Program-made: the position numbers and the translations under genes
The notes under the pieces: generated by a model
What the model was told of the DNA's origin: nothing
The model's database searches: none
What the model saw: the letters and a program-made list of their open reading frames with translations, nothing else
NCBI GenBank assembly: GCA_049967475.1
Contig: JBMFSQ010000017.1
Location: 1-64,000 of the forward strand
Direction of reading: 5' to 3'
Source: Chthonomonadales bacterium
Lineage (GTDB): Bacteria; Armatimonadota; Chthonomonadetes; Chthonomonadales; CAJBBX01
DNA: 64,000 nt
In this document: positions 27,359 through 36,744 of the stretch, piece after piece
Numbering within the stretch: position 1 is the first letter of the stretch
Layout: every line of letters begins with the position of its first letter

Positions 27359-28360
27359 CTATATGCGCCTCCTTCTCTTTTGGAACCGATCGAGGGTAAC
27401 CGCCAGGAATATGATCGCGCCGATGGCTACCTTCTGCCAGTTGGAGTTCACCTGCATCAGGTTGAGGCCATTGCGAACGAGGCCCGTGAGCAGCGCTCCG
27501 GCGAAGGTGCCTGGCAGGCTGCCCACGCCTCCGCTTAGACTGGTTCCACCGATAACGACGGCTGCGATCACGTCCAGTTCCATCCCATCTCCTGCTGTAG
27601 GCTCGGCGGCTCCTACGTATCCAGCGATGAGCATCCCGGCAACGGCTGCCAGGAGCCCGCAGAGTACATAGCAATAGAGGACCACCGACCCTGTGGGTAC
27701 GCCGGAGAGGCGGCTTGCCTCTTCGTTGCTCCCTACGCTGTAAACGTAGCGGCCCAGCCGGGTGCGCTGAAGCTGCACGTGCCCCGCAGCATAAAGCACC
27801 GCCATCAGCACGACCATGAACGGGAGTTTCTCGATGAGCGGGCACGCCTCCCACACATTGCCCGATCCCGGCCAAAGATAGGCATCGGGCAGGTTGTATA
27901 TCGCGCCTCCTCCGCTGATGATGAAGGCGAGCCCGCGTGCAATCACCATGGTGGCCAAGGTCGCAATGAAGGGCGGAAGCCGCACCCACGTTACGGCAAG
28001 CCCGTTCACCAGCCCTACGGCAATTCCCAGCAGAAGCGTCAGTAAGATGCCCGAAGCCCCGCTCATGTGATGATCCACCATGAACGTGCCGCTCACGCAT
28101 CCGGCTAGAGCAGCCACCGACCCCACCGAAAGATCAATGCCGCCGGTGAGGATCACGTACGTCATGCCCACGCCCACCACGGCTACCATGGCGATCTGGG
28201 TGAGGACATTGCGCAGGTTGACCCAGCCGCGGAAGCTGGGCTCGCGGATGGCGAGCAGCACATACAAGGCGATGAGCACACTCCAAACGCCCATCCCTTG
28301 CCAAAGGCTGCGTGGCATGTCCGGCCCTGATCGGCCGCCTCGAACAGACTTCATCATCAT
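27359..28360 (-). CDS. Sugar ABC transporter permease (RbsC-like)
   Basis: TGGIDLSVGS, LPPFIATL, GSNEEASRLSGV and ELDVIAAVVIGGTSLSGG motifs. Start uncertain (28360 or 28318). Confidence 0.92.
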   Translation of the reverse strand: MMMKSVRGGRSGPDMPRSLWQGMGVWSVLIALYVLLAIREPSFRGWVNLRNVLTQIAMVAVVGVGMTYVILTGGIDLSVGSVAALAGCVSGTFMVDHHMSGASGILLTLLLGIAVGLVNGLAVTWVRLPPFIATLATMVIARGLAFIISGGGAIYNLPDAYLWPGSGNVWEACPLIEKLPFMVVLMAVLYAAGHVQLQRTRLGRYVYSVGSNEEASRLSGVPTGSVVLYCYVLCGLLAAVAGMLIAGYVGAAEPTAGDGMELDVIAAVVIGGTSLSGGVGSLPGTFAGALLTGLVRNGLNLMQVNSNWQKVAIGAIIFLAVTLDRFQKRRRRI

Positions 28361-28493
28361 GCCAAACTTCACCGCGCTGCCCGCCGTCTCCTGCGCGCCG
28401 GCCGGAGACCTCGAGCTGCGGATGGAGCCGGATCCGCAAAGGAATTTGCCTCCGCTGTTGCGAACAGGGCACGGGAATGAGGAGGTGGCTTCT

Positions 28494-30827
28494 GTGCGAA
28501 CTTTCATGACGGCCTGCGCGGTAGCGCTCATGGAGACCCTTGTTCGATCCTGGGCCGGAGCTGGGGAGGTGCGTATGGCGCTGGAACCCTTCGATCAACG
28601 CGTGGTACAGCTTTTGGACGGACCGTGCAAAACGGCCATGGACACCAACCGCCGGTACTTGCTGGAATTGGATCCAGACCGGCTGCTCTACAACTTCCGC
28701 GTGAATGCAGGGCTTCCGGCACCCGGAACGCCGCTGGGCGGATGGGAGGCTCCGGATGTGGAGGTGCGCGGCCACTTTACCGGGCACTATCTTTCGGCCT
28801 GTTCCCTCATGTATCGGGCTACAGGAGACCCGCTGTTGAAGCGTCGGGTGGATCTTCTCGTGGCCGAATTGGCTAAATGCCAGAAGGCTCTGGGAGGCGA
28901 GTATCTGAGCGCCTTCCCTTCCTCCTTCTGGGACCGTCTCGAAAGCGGGCGCCAGATCCCCTGGGCGCCGTACTACACCATCCACAAAATCATGGCGGGC
29001 CTCTTCGATGCCTATGCCCTTTGCGGCAACCACCAAGCGCTGGAGGTCCTCAAAGGGATGGCCGCCTATTTCAAGAAGCGCACAGACCGACTGCCCATTG
29101 CCGACATGGACCGCGTGCTCAATACCGAATTCGGAGGCATGTCCGAGGTCCTGCACAACCTCTATTCCGTTACGAAAGACCCGGCGCATCTGGAGCTTGC
29201 CCATCGCTTTGACCAGGCGGCATTTCTCGGGCCGTTAGGCCTGGACCACGACGACCTCAGCCGCATCCATGCCAACACGCAGATCCCCAAGATTTGTGGA
29301 GCCGCACGGCGCTACGAAGTGACCGGCGACGCCCGATACCGCCACATCGTGAGCTACTTTTGGGATCGCGTGGTAAACCACCGCACCTACGCCACCGGAG
29401 GGTGCACGAATGGCGAAGCCTGGGGGGATCCGGACCATCTGGCCGATAGCCTTTCGGCCACGAACCAGGAGTGCTGCACCACATACAACATGCTCAAGGT
29501 GACCCGATACCTCTTGCGATGGACGGGCGCAGTGCGCTACGGCGATTTCTACGAACGCGCCTTCTTCAACGGCATTTTGGGCACCCAGGAGCCCGGAACA
29601 GGGATGCTCATGTACTACGTGCCGCTGGCCTCGGGCTTCCGGAGGCCCTTCGGTACCCCCTTCAACTCATTCTGGTGCTGCTACGGAACCGGCATCGAGT
29701 CCTTCTCCAAACTCAACGACAGTATCTACTTCCACTCGGGCAACTCGTTGTATGTGAACCTCTTCATTGCATCCAAAGTAGCGTGGGCAGAGAAGGGGGT
29801 GGTTCTGGAGCAGCACACCCGGTTTCCCGAGGAGGATCGCACGGAGATTTTGGTGCGCGCCGATCACCCGGCACGCTTCGACTTGCGCATCCGCATCCCC
29901 GGCTGGGTGGCCGGCCCGGTTAAAGCTGTGGTAAACGGCGCGCCTGCGGGTTCCGTTGCAGCGCCGGGCACCATCCTTACGCTAAGGCGCCTCTGGCATA
30001 ACGGCGACCGCGTGGAGTGCCGACTGCCCATGAAGCTTCACAGTGCGCCCATGCCCGACGATGCCAATATGGTAGCAGTGATGATGGGCCCCATCGTTTT
30101 GGCAGGAGTGCTGCCCTCCACACAGCCAGGGGTTGCGCTGGAATACAACCCCGTGTCCGCCCCGGCATCCCCCGGCGCGTTTCCCGAGTACCTGGTGGGT
30201 GATCCGTCGAGCGTTCAGGATTGGCTGGAGGCGGTGCCCAACCGGCCCCTCACCTACCGCCTGAAGAGCCGGCCTGACATCGTTCTCGAGCCCTTCTACA
30301 AAGTGGTCCACGAGCCGTATGCCGTCTATTGGCTGGTGTTGCCCGAAGGAAGTCCCCGTCTTGCCCGCATCCATCAGCAGGAAGAGGCAAGGCGAAGGAT
30401 GGAGTCCCGCATCGTGGATCGTGTGGTGCCCAACGATGCCCGGAGCGAGGCTGCACACAATCTTCGAGGCGAACACACTGCTGCAGGACCCTTCGGCAGG
30501 CGGGGATGGCGCCACGCCGCTCCGGACGGATGGTTCAGTTGGGACCTGGCCGTGCTGCCCAACGTCCCCATGACGCTTTTGTGCACCTACTGGGGCAGCG
30601 ACGTGGGGCCGCGCACCTTTGATATCCTAGTGGATGGTCAGCGGGTTGCAACCCAATCCGTTGACCGCAACCACCCTGGGGAATTCTTTGACGTGCTCGT
30701 GCCCATTCCCGATGAACTGACCCGCGGCAAGAAGAAGATTACGGTTCTCTTTCGCCCCCACCCTGGAAATACAGCCGGAGGCGTATTCGGGTGCGCCACG
30801 CTGCGGCCCGAAGGCGAGGCGCGGTGA
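28494..30827 (+). CDS. Beta-L-arabinofuranosidase-like glycosidase (GH127/GH146, DUF1680) with C-terminal accessory domain
   Basis: LGGWE..RGHFTGHYLSA, HANTQIPK, ECCTTYNMLK and FWCCYGTG motifs. GTG start with GAGGAGG RBS. Confidence 0.9.
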   Translation: MRTFMTACAVALMETLVRSWAGAGEVRMALEPFDQRVVQLLDGPCKTAMDTNRRYLLELDPDRLLYNFRVNAGLPAPGTPLGGWEAPDVEVRGHFTGHYLSACSLMYRATGDPLLKRRVDLLVAELAKCQKALGGEYLSAFPSSFWDRLESGRQIPWAPYYTIHKIMAGLFDAYALCGNHQALEVLKGMAAYFKKRTDRLPIADMDRVLNTEFGGMSEVLHNLYSVTKDPAHLELAHRFDQAAFLGPLGLDHDDLSRIHANTQIPKICGAARRYEVTGDARYRHIVSYFWDRVVNHRTYATGGCTNGEAWGDPDHLADSLSATNQECCTTYNMLKVTRYLLRWTGAVRYGDFYERAFFNGILGTQEPGTGMLMYYVPLASGFRRPFGTPFNSFWCCYGTGIESFSKLNDSIYFHSGNSLYVNLFIASKVAWAEKGVVLEQHTRFPEEDRTEILVRADHPARFDLRIRIPGWVAGPVKAVVNGAPAGSVAAPGTILTLRRLWHNGDRVECRLPMKLHSAPMPDDANMVAVMMGPIVLAGVLPSTQPGVALEYNPVSAPASPGAFPEYLVGDPSSVQDWLEAVPNRPLTYRLKSRPDIVLEPFYKVVHEPYAVYWLVLPEGSPRLARIHQQEEARRRMESRIVDRVVPNDARSEAAHNLRGEHTAAGPFGRRGWRHAAPDGWFSWDLAVLPNVPMTLLCTYWGSDVGPRTFDILVDGQRVATQSVDRNHPGEFFDVLVPIPDELTRGKKKITVLFRPHPGNTAGGVFGCATLRPEGEAR

Positions 30828-31120
30828 GGTGCCGCCGGGCGATACGGTGCGGCGGTGCTTGCCGCGCCCGTATTCCGTTGTGCCTAGGCTCCCGCGCCAT
30901 GTATGAAAAGATCCCAGCCGCCACCGCTTCAGGGCGCACATCCGGCCGTTGGATGCGAAACGTGTCCGTACAGCTTGAATCAGCATGAACGCCGTACAAC
31001 GACGCGGGGTCCGTGGGAGCAGAAGCGTTGGCGACAATCGGCCAAACTCGTCGAGGCCGCCGGACGTTTTGCCTGCGGCGCAGCGGCAGAGCTCGAAGCG
31101 TCCAGGGATGACGATTGCTC

Positions 31121-32578
31121 CTACTTCGGAGCGCCGCGGTTCGCAGCGCCCAAGTAGAGCCTCACGCCGAACCCTTCCAGGCCGTCCCGGAACGCGTGCT
31201 CGCGGACGGACACCGCGCCTGAGTGGCCGTTGCCTACCAACGCGAGCTGAGTGCCTTCCAGTTCTGCGGGTAAGCCGCGTACGCTGAAGGCGACGGGATA
31301 GGGGTTCTCGTTGACGATGACCAATAGAAACTGCCCGGCTGCCTGTTTGATTGCGATCCGTACTCCGGTGCCGTCGTTGGAGGCATAGTGCTCCTCCACT
31401 TGAAGCGACGGCGCCGGCGCTACGTTGGGCATTACGAGGAAACGCTCCAGGGATCGGATCTCGCGAGTTACATTCAAAAGCTCCTGCCAAAAGCGCCGGG
31501 CATCGTCACTCTGCGGGTTCTTGAGGTAATCCGTGCCCCAATAGAGGATGGCATTGGCGCCGTGGATGACGGCGTCCCACGCCATGAAGCGCTGCTCCTG
31601 CTGTGTGGGCCGACGGCCGACACCCAATTTGGAGGCCGCTTCATTCGGCGTCTGCTCCAGATCCGCCCATCCGAACCCTTGAAGCACCATGGCGCACGCT
31701 TTGCCGGGGGCGGCCTTGCGCATGCGGTCCGTGTAGTCGCCAACGCTGCTGGGGCGCATGTTGACCAGATCGCTATGGGCTGTACGGAGATTGTACGGGA
31801 TGGGGTAAATGTCGCATCCAGCCACATCCACCTCACGGTTAAACTCGCGGAGGGCTCGCACGCTGTTGCGCGGGGCGTGGTTCAGCCAAATAAAATGACG
31901 CGGGTCTGCCCGGCGCAGGTAGCGCATCCCGGAGGCCAATCCGCGTGCCAATCGGGCCGCGCGCTGGGCAGCCTGATCTATGCGGGCGCTGGGATGGGGG
32001 TCCGACTTGCCGGCCTTCGCCCAGAACCGGCTTCTGAGCTCCTGCCACTCGGGCCAAAGTGCGCGGTGGTACCGGTCCACAGCCTCGTCGAAGATCTGCC
32101 GGAGCGACGCATTGGCTTGGGCTTCGCGACGCATGGCGTCAATCTCCGCATCGGTTTCCTGCATCGTTGCGTACCACGAATTCCAGAGGGCCTCGTCCGG
32201 CCCTTCCCAGATAAGGAGTGCCGGATGGTCTGCCAGTGCTTGCACCATGGAAGCCAAGGTGCGTTTGCGGGCTTCGGTGTCTGCGCTGAGATCCATGGCG
32301 TCGCCGGTATTGACCCACGCCCAGGCTCCGGCCTCTCGTACACGGTCGAGAGCCGCCCGCACGGATGGGCATCGGATGAGGTTGAAACCTCCTGAGATCG
32401 CTTCCCGAAGGCGGGCGTCGCTTTCGGGGTTCTCATACAACCCGATAAGGAACCGCGGCTCGCCGTTCACCACGAGCATGCCGTTGGGAGCGAGGTGAGC
32501 CTTCGTCGGCCCATGGTCCAAGGCCCATGCAACGGAGGTGCACGCTGCAAGGGCGATCCCGGCGACAACTGGGTGCAT
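31121..32578 (-). CDS. Exported hypothetical protein, putative TIM-barrel glycoside hydrolase
   Basis: Signal peptide; VNGEPRFLIGLY, GFNL, HPALLIWEGPDE, DVAGCDIYP and HGANAILYW motifs. Confidence 0.6.
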   Translation of the reverse strand: MHPVVAGIALAACTSVAWALDHGPTKAHLAPNGMLVVNGEPRFLIGLYENPESDARLREAISGGFNLIRCPSVRAALDRVREAGAWAWVNTGDAMDLSADTEARKRTLASMVQALADHPALLIWEGPDEALWNSWYATMQETDAEIDAMRREAQANASLRQIFDEAVDRYHRALWPEWQELRSRFWAKAGKSDPHPSARIDQAAQRAARLARGLASGMRYLRRADPRHFIWLNHAPRNSVRALREFNREVDVAGCDIYPIPYNLRTAHSDLVNMRPSSVGDYTDRMRKAAPGKACAMVLQGFGWADLEQTPNEAASKLGVGRRPTQQEQRFMAWDAVIHGANAILYWGTDYLKNPQSDDARRFWQELLNVTREIRSLERFLVMPNVAPAPSLQVEEHYASNDGTGVRIAIKQAAGQFLLVIVNENPYPVAFSVRGLPAELEGTQLALVGNGHSGAVSVREHAFRDGLEGFGVRLYLGAANRGAPK

Positions 32579-32818
32579 GAGGCATCGTCCTCCCGTTCAC
32601 ATAACGGGCCACCTTTCCTCGCAGTTACCCGAAACTCCTGCACGGATGCGCCGGAGTCACGCGGACATCGGGTTCATTGCCTCGGGCGCCGAGAAATTTC
32701 GTGGAAGGTACGGAGCCGAGGCGCGGCGAAGGATAGATACATCCCAACCGTGCGTGGGTACGCCGTGCTGAAACCAGGTGACGCATCCGTGCGTGCCCAC
32801 CGAGAAGGTCGTGGCTCC

Positions 32819-35683
32819 ATGCAAGTCGCGTTGTTCTTTGCATCTATTTTCCTGACGGTGGCCGCTGCAGTGGCTGCCGGCGCATCTCCGCGCATAGAAG
32901 CGAATTTCGATGACGGCTGGCGCTTCCATCGGGGCGACGTGCCGGATGCCTGGCAAACCCTCTATGATGACCGCCATTGGCGGAAAGTGACGCTGCCTCA
33001 TGATTTCAGCATTGAAGATCTGCCGCCTTCCGCCGGCGCTTCGGCGCCTTCCCTCGCTGTGGTGCCCGGAGACTGGCGCTTCCACAGCGGAGACAATCTG
33101 CAGTGGAAAAACCCCTCCGTGCCGGACGCGGAATGGAAGGTGGTGCACTTGCCGGCCCATTGGAGCGATCATGGGGATCAGGCCACCCACGCCTTCGGAT
33201 GGTATCGCCGCCGCATCCAGGTGCCGGCTTCCATGCTGGGGAAACCCGTCCTCCTGCTCATTGGGAAGATAGATGACGCGGATGAAACCTTTGTGAACGG
33301 CGTGAAGGTGGGTGGAATGGGGTCCTTCCCGCCTGCCTATTCCAGCGCGTGGCAGATGCCGCGCAGGTACGTGATCCCCGCCAACGTTCTGAAGGGCGAC
33401 GGCCGCGATGTGGTGGCGATACGTGTTTACAACGGGGAGGGCGAGGGAGGCATCTACGAAGCGGCGCATCCGCCTTTGCGCAGCGGTCCCTTCGACCTGG
33501 ATGCGGAAGGCGGCTCGGCTCAGGGATACACGATGGGGGCCGTCGCCTGGTACCGCAAATCCTTCACAATGCCTGCCTCTTACCGCAACCGCTTGGTGGA
33601 GCTCGCCTTCGACGGGATCTATATGGATGCCCAGCTATGGCTCAACGGAGAGCCCATCGCCAGGCATCCCTACGGATATACGCCGTTTCACGTGAACCTC
33701 ACGCCGTACCTGCACTTTGGGAGCGAGCGGAATGTGCTGGCCGTTCGCGTGGACACCTCCGGGCGCACCAGTCGCTGGTACTCCGGATCGGGCATCTACC
33801 GCCACGTAAGGCTCGTCATCACGCATCCCGTGCATATTCCCCAGAATGGCGTCTTCGTCACAACGCCCCAGGCGGATCGGGAAGCCGCCCTCGTCCGCAT
33901 CCAAACGCGCATCCGCAATGGATCTGCAGCTTCCGTGTCCCTAACGGTCCGTGCGCAGATCGGCTCTGCCGGCGGCGCACCGGTGGGAGAAGCTTCAGTC
34001 GGGCTGACGCTTCCTCCCGGAGAGGAACGGACCACCGAACAATTAGTGCGCTTGCCGCAACCCCGGTTGTGGTCGCCGGACGACCCGGCCCTTTACCACC
34101 TTGAGGTCCAAGTAACCGACGGGCAGCATCCGCTGGACCAGGTAGCCACGCATTTTGGCGTGCGAACGGTGCACGTAGATGCGGTCCACGGTTTTGTTCT
34201 CAACGGCCGGGCACTGAAGCTGCGGGGAGGCTGCATCCATCACGACAACGGGTGCCTCGGTTCCTGTGCCTATGATCGTGCAGAAGAGCGCCGAGTTCAG
34301 CTCCTCAAGGCAGCCGGGTTCAATGCCCTCCGCACGAGCCACAATCCCCCTTCTCAGGCATTTCTGGATGCCTGCGACCGCGAAGGGATGCTGGTGATGG
34401 ATGAAGCCTTCGATTGCTGGGCACACGGCAAGAACCCCGACGACTACGGGCGCTTCTTCAACGATTGGTGGAAGCAAGATCTTGCCGCCATGATCCTTCG
34501 CGACCGGAACCATCCTTGCGTGGTCCTGTGGTCTATCGGTAATGAGATACCCGAACAAACCTCTCCCGAAGGTGCGGAGCGGGCCGAGACCCTTGCGGCG
34601 TTTGTGCGTTCGCTGGATGCCACGCGCCCTGTTACCCAGGCGGCGTATCCTGTAGATGACACCGCCAAACTGGATGGGCTGTTCCGGCGCCTGGACGTAT
34701 GCGGCTACAACTATATGCCCGGTTCTTATGTGCCGGACCACGAACGCCATCCGCAGCGCGTCATGGTGGGCACGGAGTCCTTTCCGCAAGCCTGTTTTGA
34801 TGCCGTAACCCAGGCTCAAGACCATCCGTGGGTCATCGGCGACTTTGTGTGGACGGCCATGGATTACTTAGGGGAGGCCGGCATCGGTAGGGTGGTCCCC
34901 CAAAATCCGCCTGAGGGCTGGGTTGAGAAGCCCTACACCGTGTCCAACTGCGGGGACCTCGATTTGTGCGGGTTCCGGCGGCCTCCTTCGTATTACCGCG
35001 AAGTCGTTTGGGGCCTGCGCCGCATGGTGGCGTGCTTTGTAGAGGCCCTTGGGCCCGACGGCAAACCTCAACGGGTACAAGGGTGGGGCTGGCCGGATGA
35101 GCGGCCCTCATGGACGTGGCCAGGGCTGGAGGGGAAACCGCTTACCGTGCGCGTGTATTCCTCGTGTCCCCAAGTGCGCCTGCTTCTCAATGGGCGGGAT
35201 CTCGGCACGCGCGCCACTACACGGCGGGAGCGCTTTACAGCGGAGTGGCAGGTTCCATACGAGCCCGGTGAACTCGTGGCTGTGGGGATGGACGAACGTG
35301 CAGCAGAACTTTGCCGCTGGGAGTTGCGGACGGCCTCCAAAACCACCCGCATCCGCCTCCGAGCCGATCGGCAGCTTCTCTTCGCAGACGGCCAGGATCT
35401 TTCGTACGTTACCGTAGAGGTGACAGATGACCACGGCGTGGTGGATCCCAACGCACAGAATATGATCCGCTTCACCATAGGGGGTCCGGGCACGATCGCC
35501 GGCGTGGGGAACGGGGATCCCCAGAGCCTGGAGAGCTTCCAGCGACACCAGCGCCGGGCCTTTCGCGGACGGTGCCTGGTGGTAGTGAAGGCGGGCACAC
35601 GCCCCGGTGAAATCGTGCTCAAGGCAAACTCTGCCGGGCTCGACGGCGCCCAAATTCGCCTGGACGCGCGGCCGCGGCCATAG
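32819..35683 (+). CDS. Glycoside hydrolase family 2 (beta-galactosidase-like)
   Basis: Signal peptide; HPYGYTPF, SRWYSGSGIYRHV, GGCIHHDNG, RTSHNP, RDRNHP..WSIGNE and WTAMDYLGE motifs. Confidence 0.95.
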   Translation: MQVALFFASIFLTVAAAVAAGASPRIEANFDDGWRFHRGDVPDAWQTLYDDRHWRKVTLPHDFSIEDLPPSAGASAPSLAVVPGDWRFHSGDNLQWKNPSVPDAEWKVVHLPAHWSDHGDQATHAFGWYRRRIQVPASMLGKPVLLLIGKIDDADETFVNGVKVGGMGSFPPAYSSAWQMPRRYVIPANVLKGDGRDVVAIRVYNGEGEGGIYEAAHPPLRSGPFDLDAEGGSAQGYTMGAVAWYRKSFTMPASYRNRLVELAFDGIYMDAQLWLNGEPIARHPYGYTPFHVNLTPYLHFGSERNVLAVRVDTSGRTSRWYSGSGIYRHVRLVITHPVHIPQNGVFVTTPQADREAALVRIQTRIRNGSAASVSLTVRAQIGSAGGAPVGEASVGLTLPPGEERTTEQLVRLPQPRLWSPDDPALYHLEVQVTDGQHPLDQVATHFGVRTVHVDAVHGFVLNGRALKLRGGCIHHDNGCLGSCAYDRAEERRVQLLKAAGFNALRTSHNPPSQAFLDACDREGMLVMDEAFDCWAHGKNPDDYGRFFNDWWKQDLAAMILRDRNHPCVVLWSIGNEIPEQTSPEGAERAETLAAFVRSLDATRPVTQAAYPVDDTAKLDGLFRRLDVCGYNYMPGSYVPDHERHPQRVMVGTESFPQACFDAVTQAQDHPWVIGDFVWTAMDYLGEAGIGRVVPQNPPEGWVEKPYTVSNCGDLDLCGFRRPPSYYREVVWGLRRMVACFVEALGPDGKPQRVQGWGWPDERPSWTWPGLEGKPLTVRVYSSCPQVRLLLNGRDLGTRATTRRERFTAEWQVPYEPGELVAVGMDERAAELCRWELRTASKTTRIRLRADRQLLFADGQDLSYVTVEVTDDHGVVDPNAQNMIRFTIGGPGTIAGVGNGDPQSLESFQRHQRRAFRGRCLVVVKAGTRPGEIVLKANSAGLDGAQIRLDARPRP

Positions 35684-35790
35684 CCTTGTTCCACGCCGTC
35701 CGGGGATCTAGGTTGGGTAATATAGCCATGGGCTGACGGGGATGGTACCGCCGCCCTATTCCGTGCCAAACGAGAAACGAGGGATGAGCC

Positions 35791-36666
35791 ATGCGTAACA
35801 CATTGACCGTGCTTGCCATGATCCTGGCTGGAGCAGGCGCCCTGGCAGCACCCACACAGAGTGAGGACGGGAAACTCAATTACGCCGCAATGAACAAGCT
35901 GGGCTGGAAGCTGAGTTGCCAAGCCTGGACCTTCCGGGAGATGACGCTCTTCGAGACGATAGACACGCTGCATCGCCTCGGTATCCGGTATATCGAGATG
36001 TTCCCCGGCCAGCGAGTGTCTCCCCAGAACCCAGCAGGTTTCGACCAGAATGCCTCCCCCGAGCTCATTCAGGAAGTGCTCCAAAAATGCAAGAGTGCCG
36101 GCGTAACGCCTGTGTCCTTCGGCGTGGTGGGCATCGGCAACGATGAGGCTGCTGCCCGCAAACTCTTCGAATTCGCTAAGAAATTGGGCCTCCTCAACAT
36201 CACTGCAGAGCCCACCGAGGATGCTGTGCCCATGCTGGACCGGCTCTGTAACGAGTACAAAATCAACATCGCGATCCATAACCACCCGCAGCCTTCGCAC
36301 TATTGGAACCCCGACACGGTCCTCAAGGTGTGTGCGGGGCTCTCGCACCGCATCGGCTCATGTGCGGACACAGGCCACTGGTACCGTTCGGGCTTAGTGC
36401 CTGTGGAGTGCCTCAAGAAGCTTCGGGGGCGCGTCATCGAGCTCCATTTTAAGGATCTCTCCGCCAACAAGGAAGATGTGCCCTGGGGCACCGGGGAGTG
36501 TAACTTCAAGGGCATGCTCGATGAGCTGAAGCGGCAGGGCTTCCGCGGTGTATTCTCCATCGAGTATGAGGCAGGTTCTGGGCAGGAGCTCTACAATAAC
36601 GTGGCCAAATGCTGCAAGGCGTTCAGCGACGCCGTTACCGAATTGGCGGCAGGCCACATGCTTTGA
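35791..36666 (+). CDS. Exported sugar phosphate isomerase/epimerase family protein (TIM barrel)
   Basis: Signal peptide; QAWTFR, IAIHNH, CADTGHW, HFKD, VPWGTG and SIEYE motifs. Confidence 0.88.
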   Translation: MRNTLTVLAMILAGAGALAAPTQSEDGKLNYAAMNKLGWKLSCQAWTFREMTLFETIDTLHRLGIRYIEMFPGQRVSPQNPAGFDQNASPELIQEVLQKCKSAGVTPVSFGVVGIGNDEAAARKLFEFAKKLGLLNITAEPTEDAVPMLDRLCNEYKINIAIHNHPQPSHYWNPDTVLKVCAGLSHRIGSCADTGHWYRSGLVPVECLKKLRGRVIELHFKDLSANKEDVPWGTGECNFKGMLDELKRQGFRGVFSIEYEAGSGQELYNNVAKCCKAFSDAVTELAAGHML

Positions 36667-36672
36667 TCGGTT

Positions 36673-36708
36673 GAGGGCCGGGATCGTTTCTTCCTCGGCC
36701 CTTTCTGT
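36673..36708 (+). terminator. Possible intrinsic terminator hairpin
   Basis: GAGGGCCG-GGA...TCC-T-CGGCCCTT followed by TCTGT, just after the stop at 36666. Confidence 0.45.
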
Positions 36709-36744
36709 ATCTTCAATTCATTCTCCGGAAGGGCGTTTGTTGCA

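Noticed and set aside
30828..31157. Gap between convergent genes containing an 84-aa ORF with CxxC (30903-31157)
   Set aside because: No RBS or family motif, it overlaps the neighbouring gene end, and I could not identify a convincing RNA structure.
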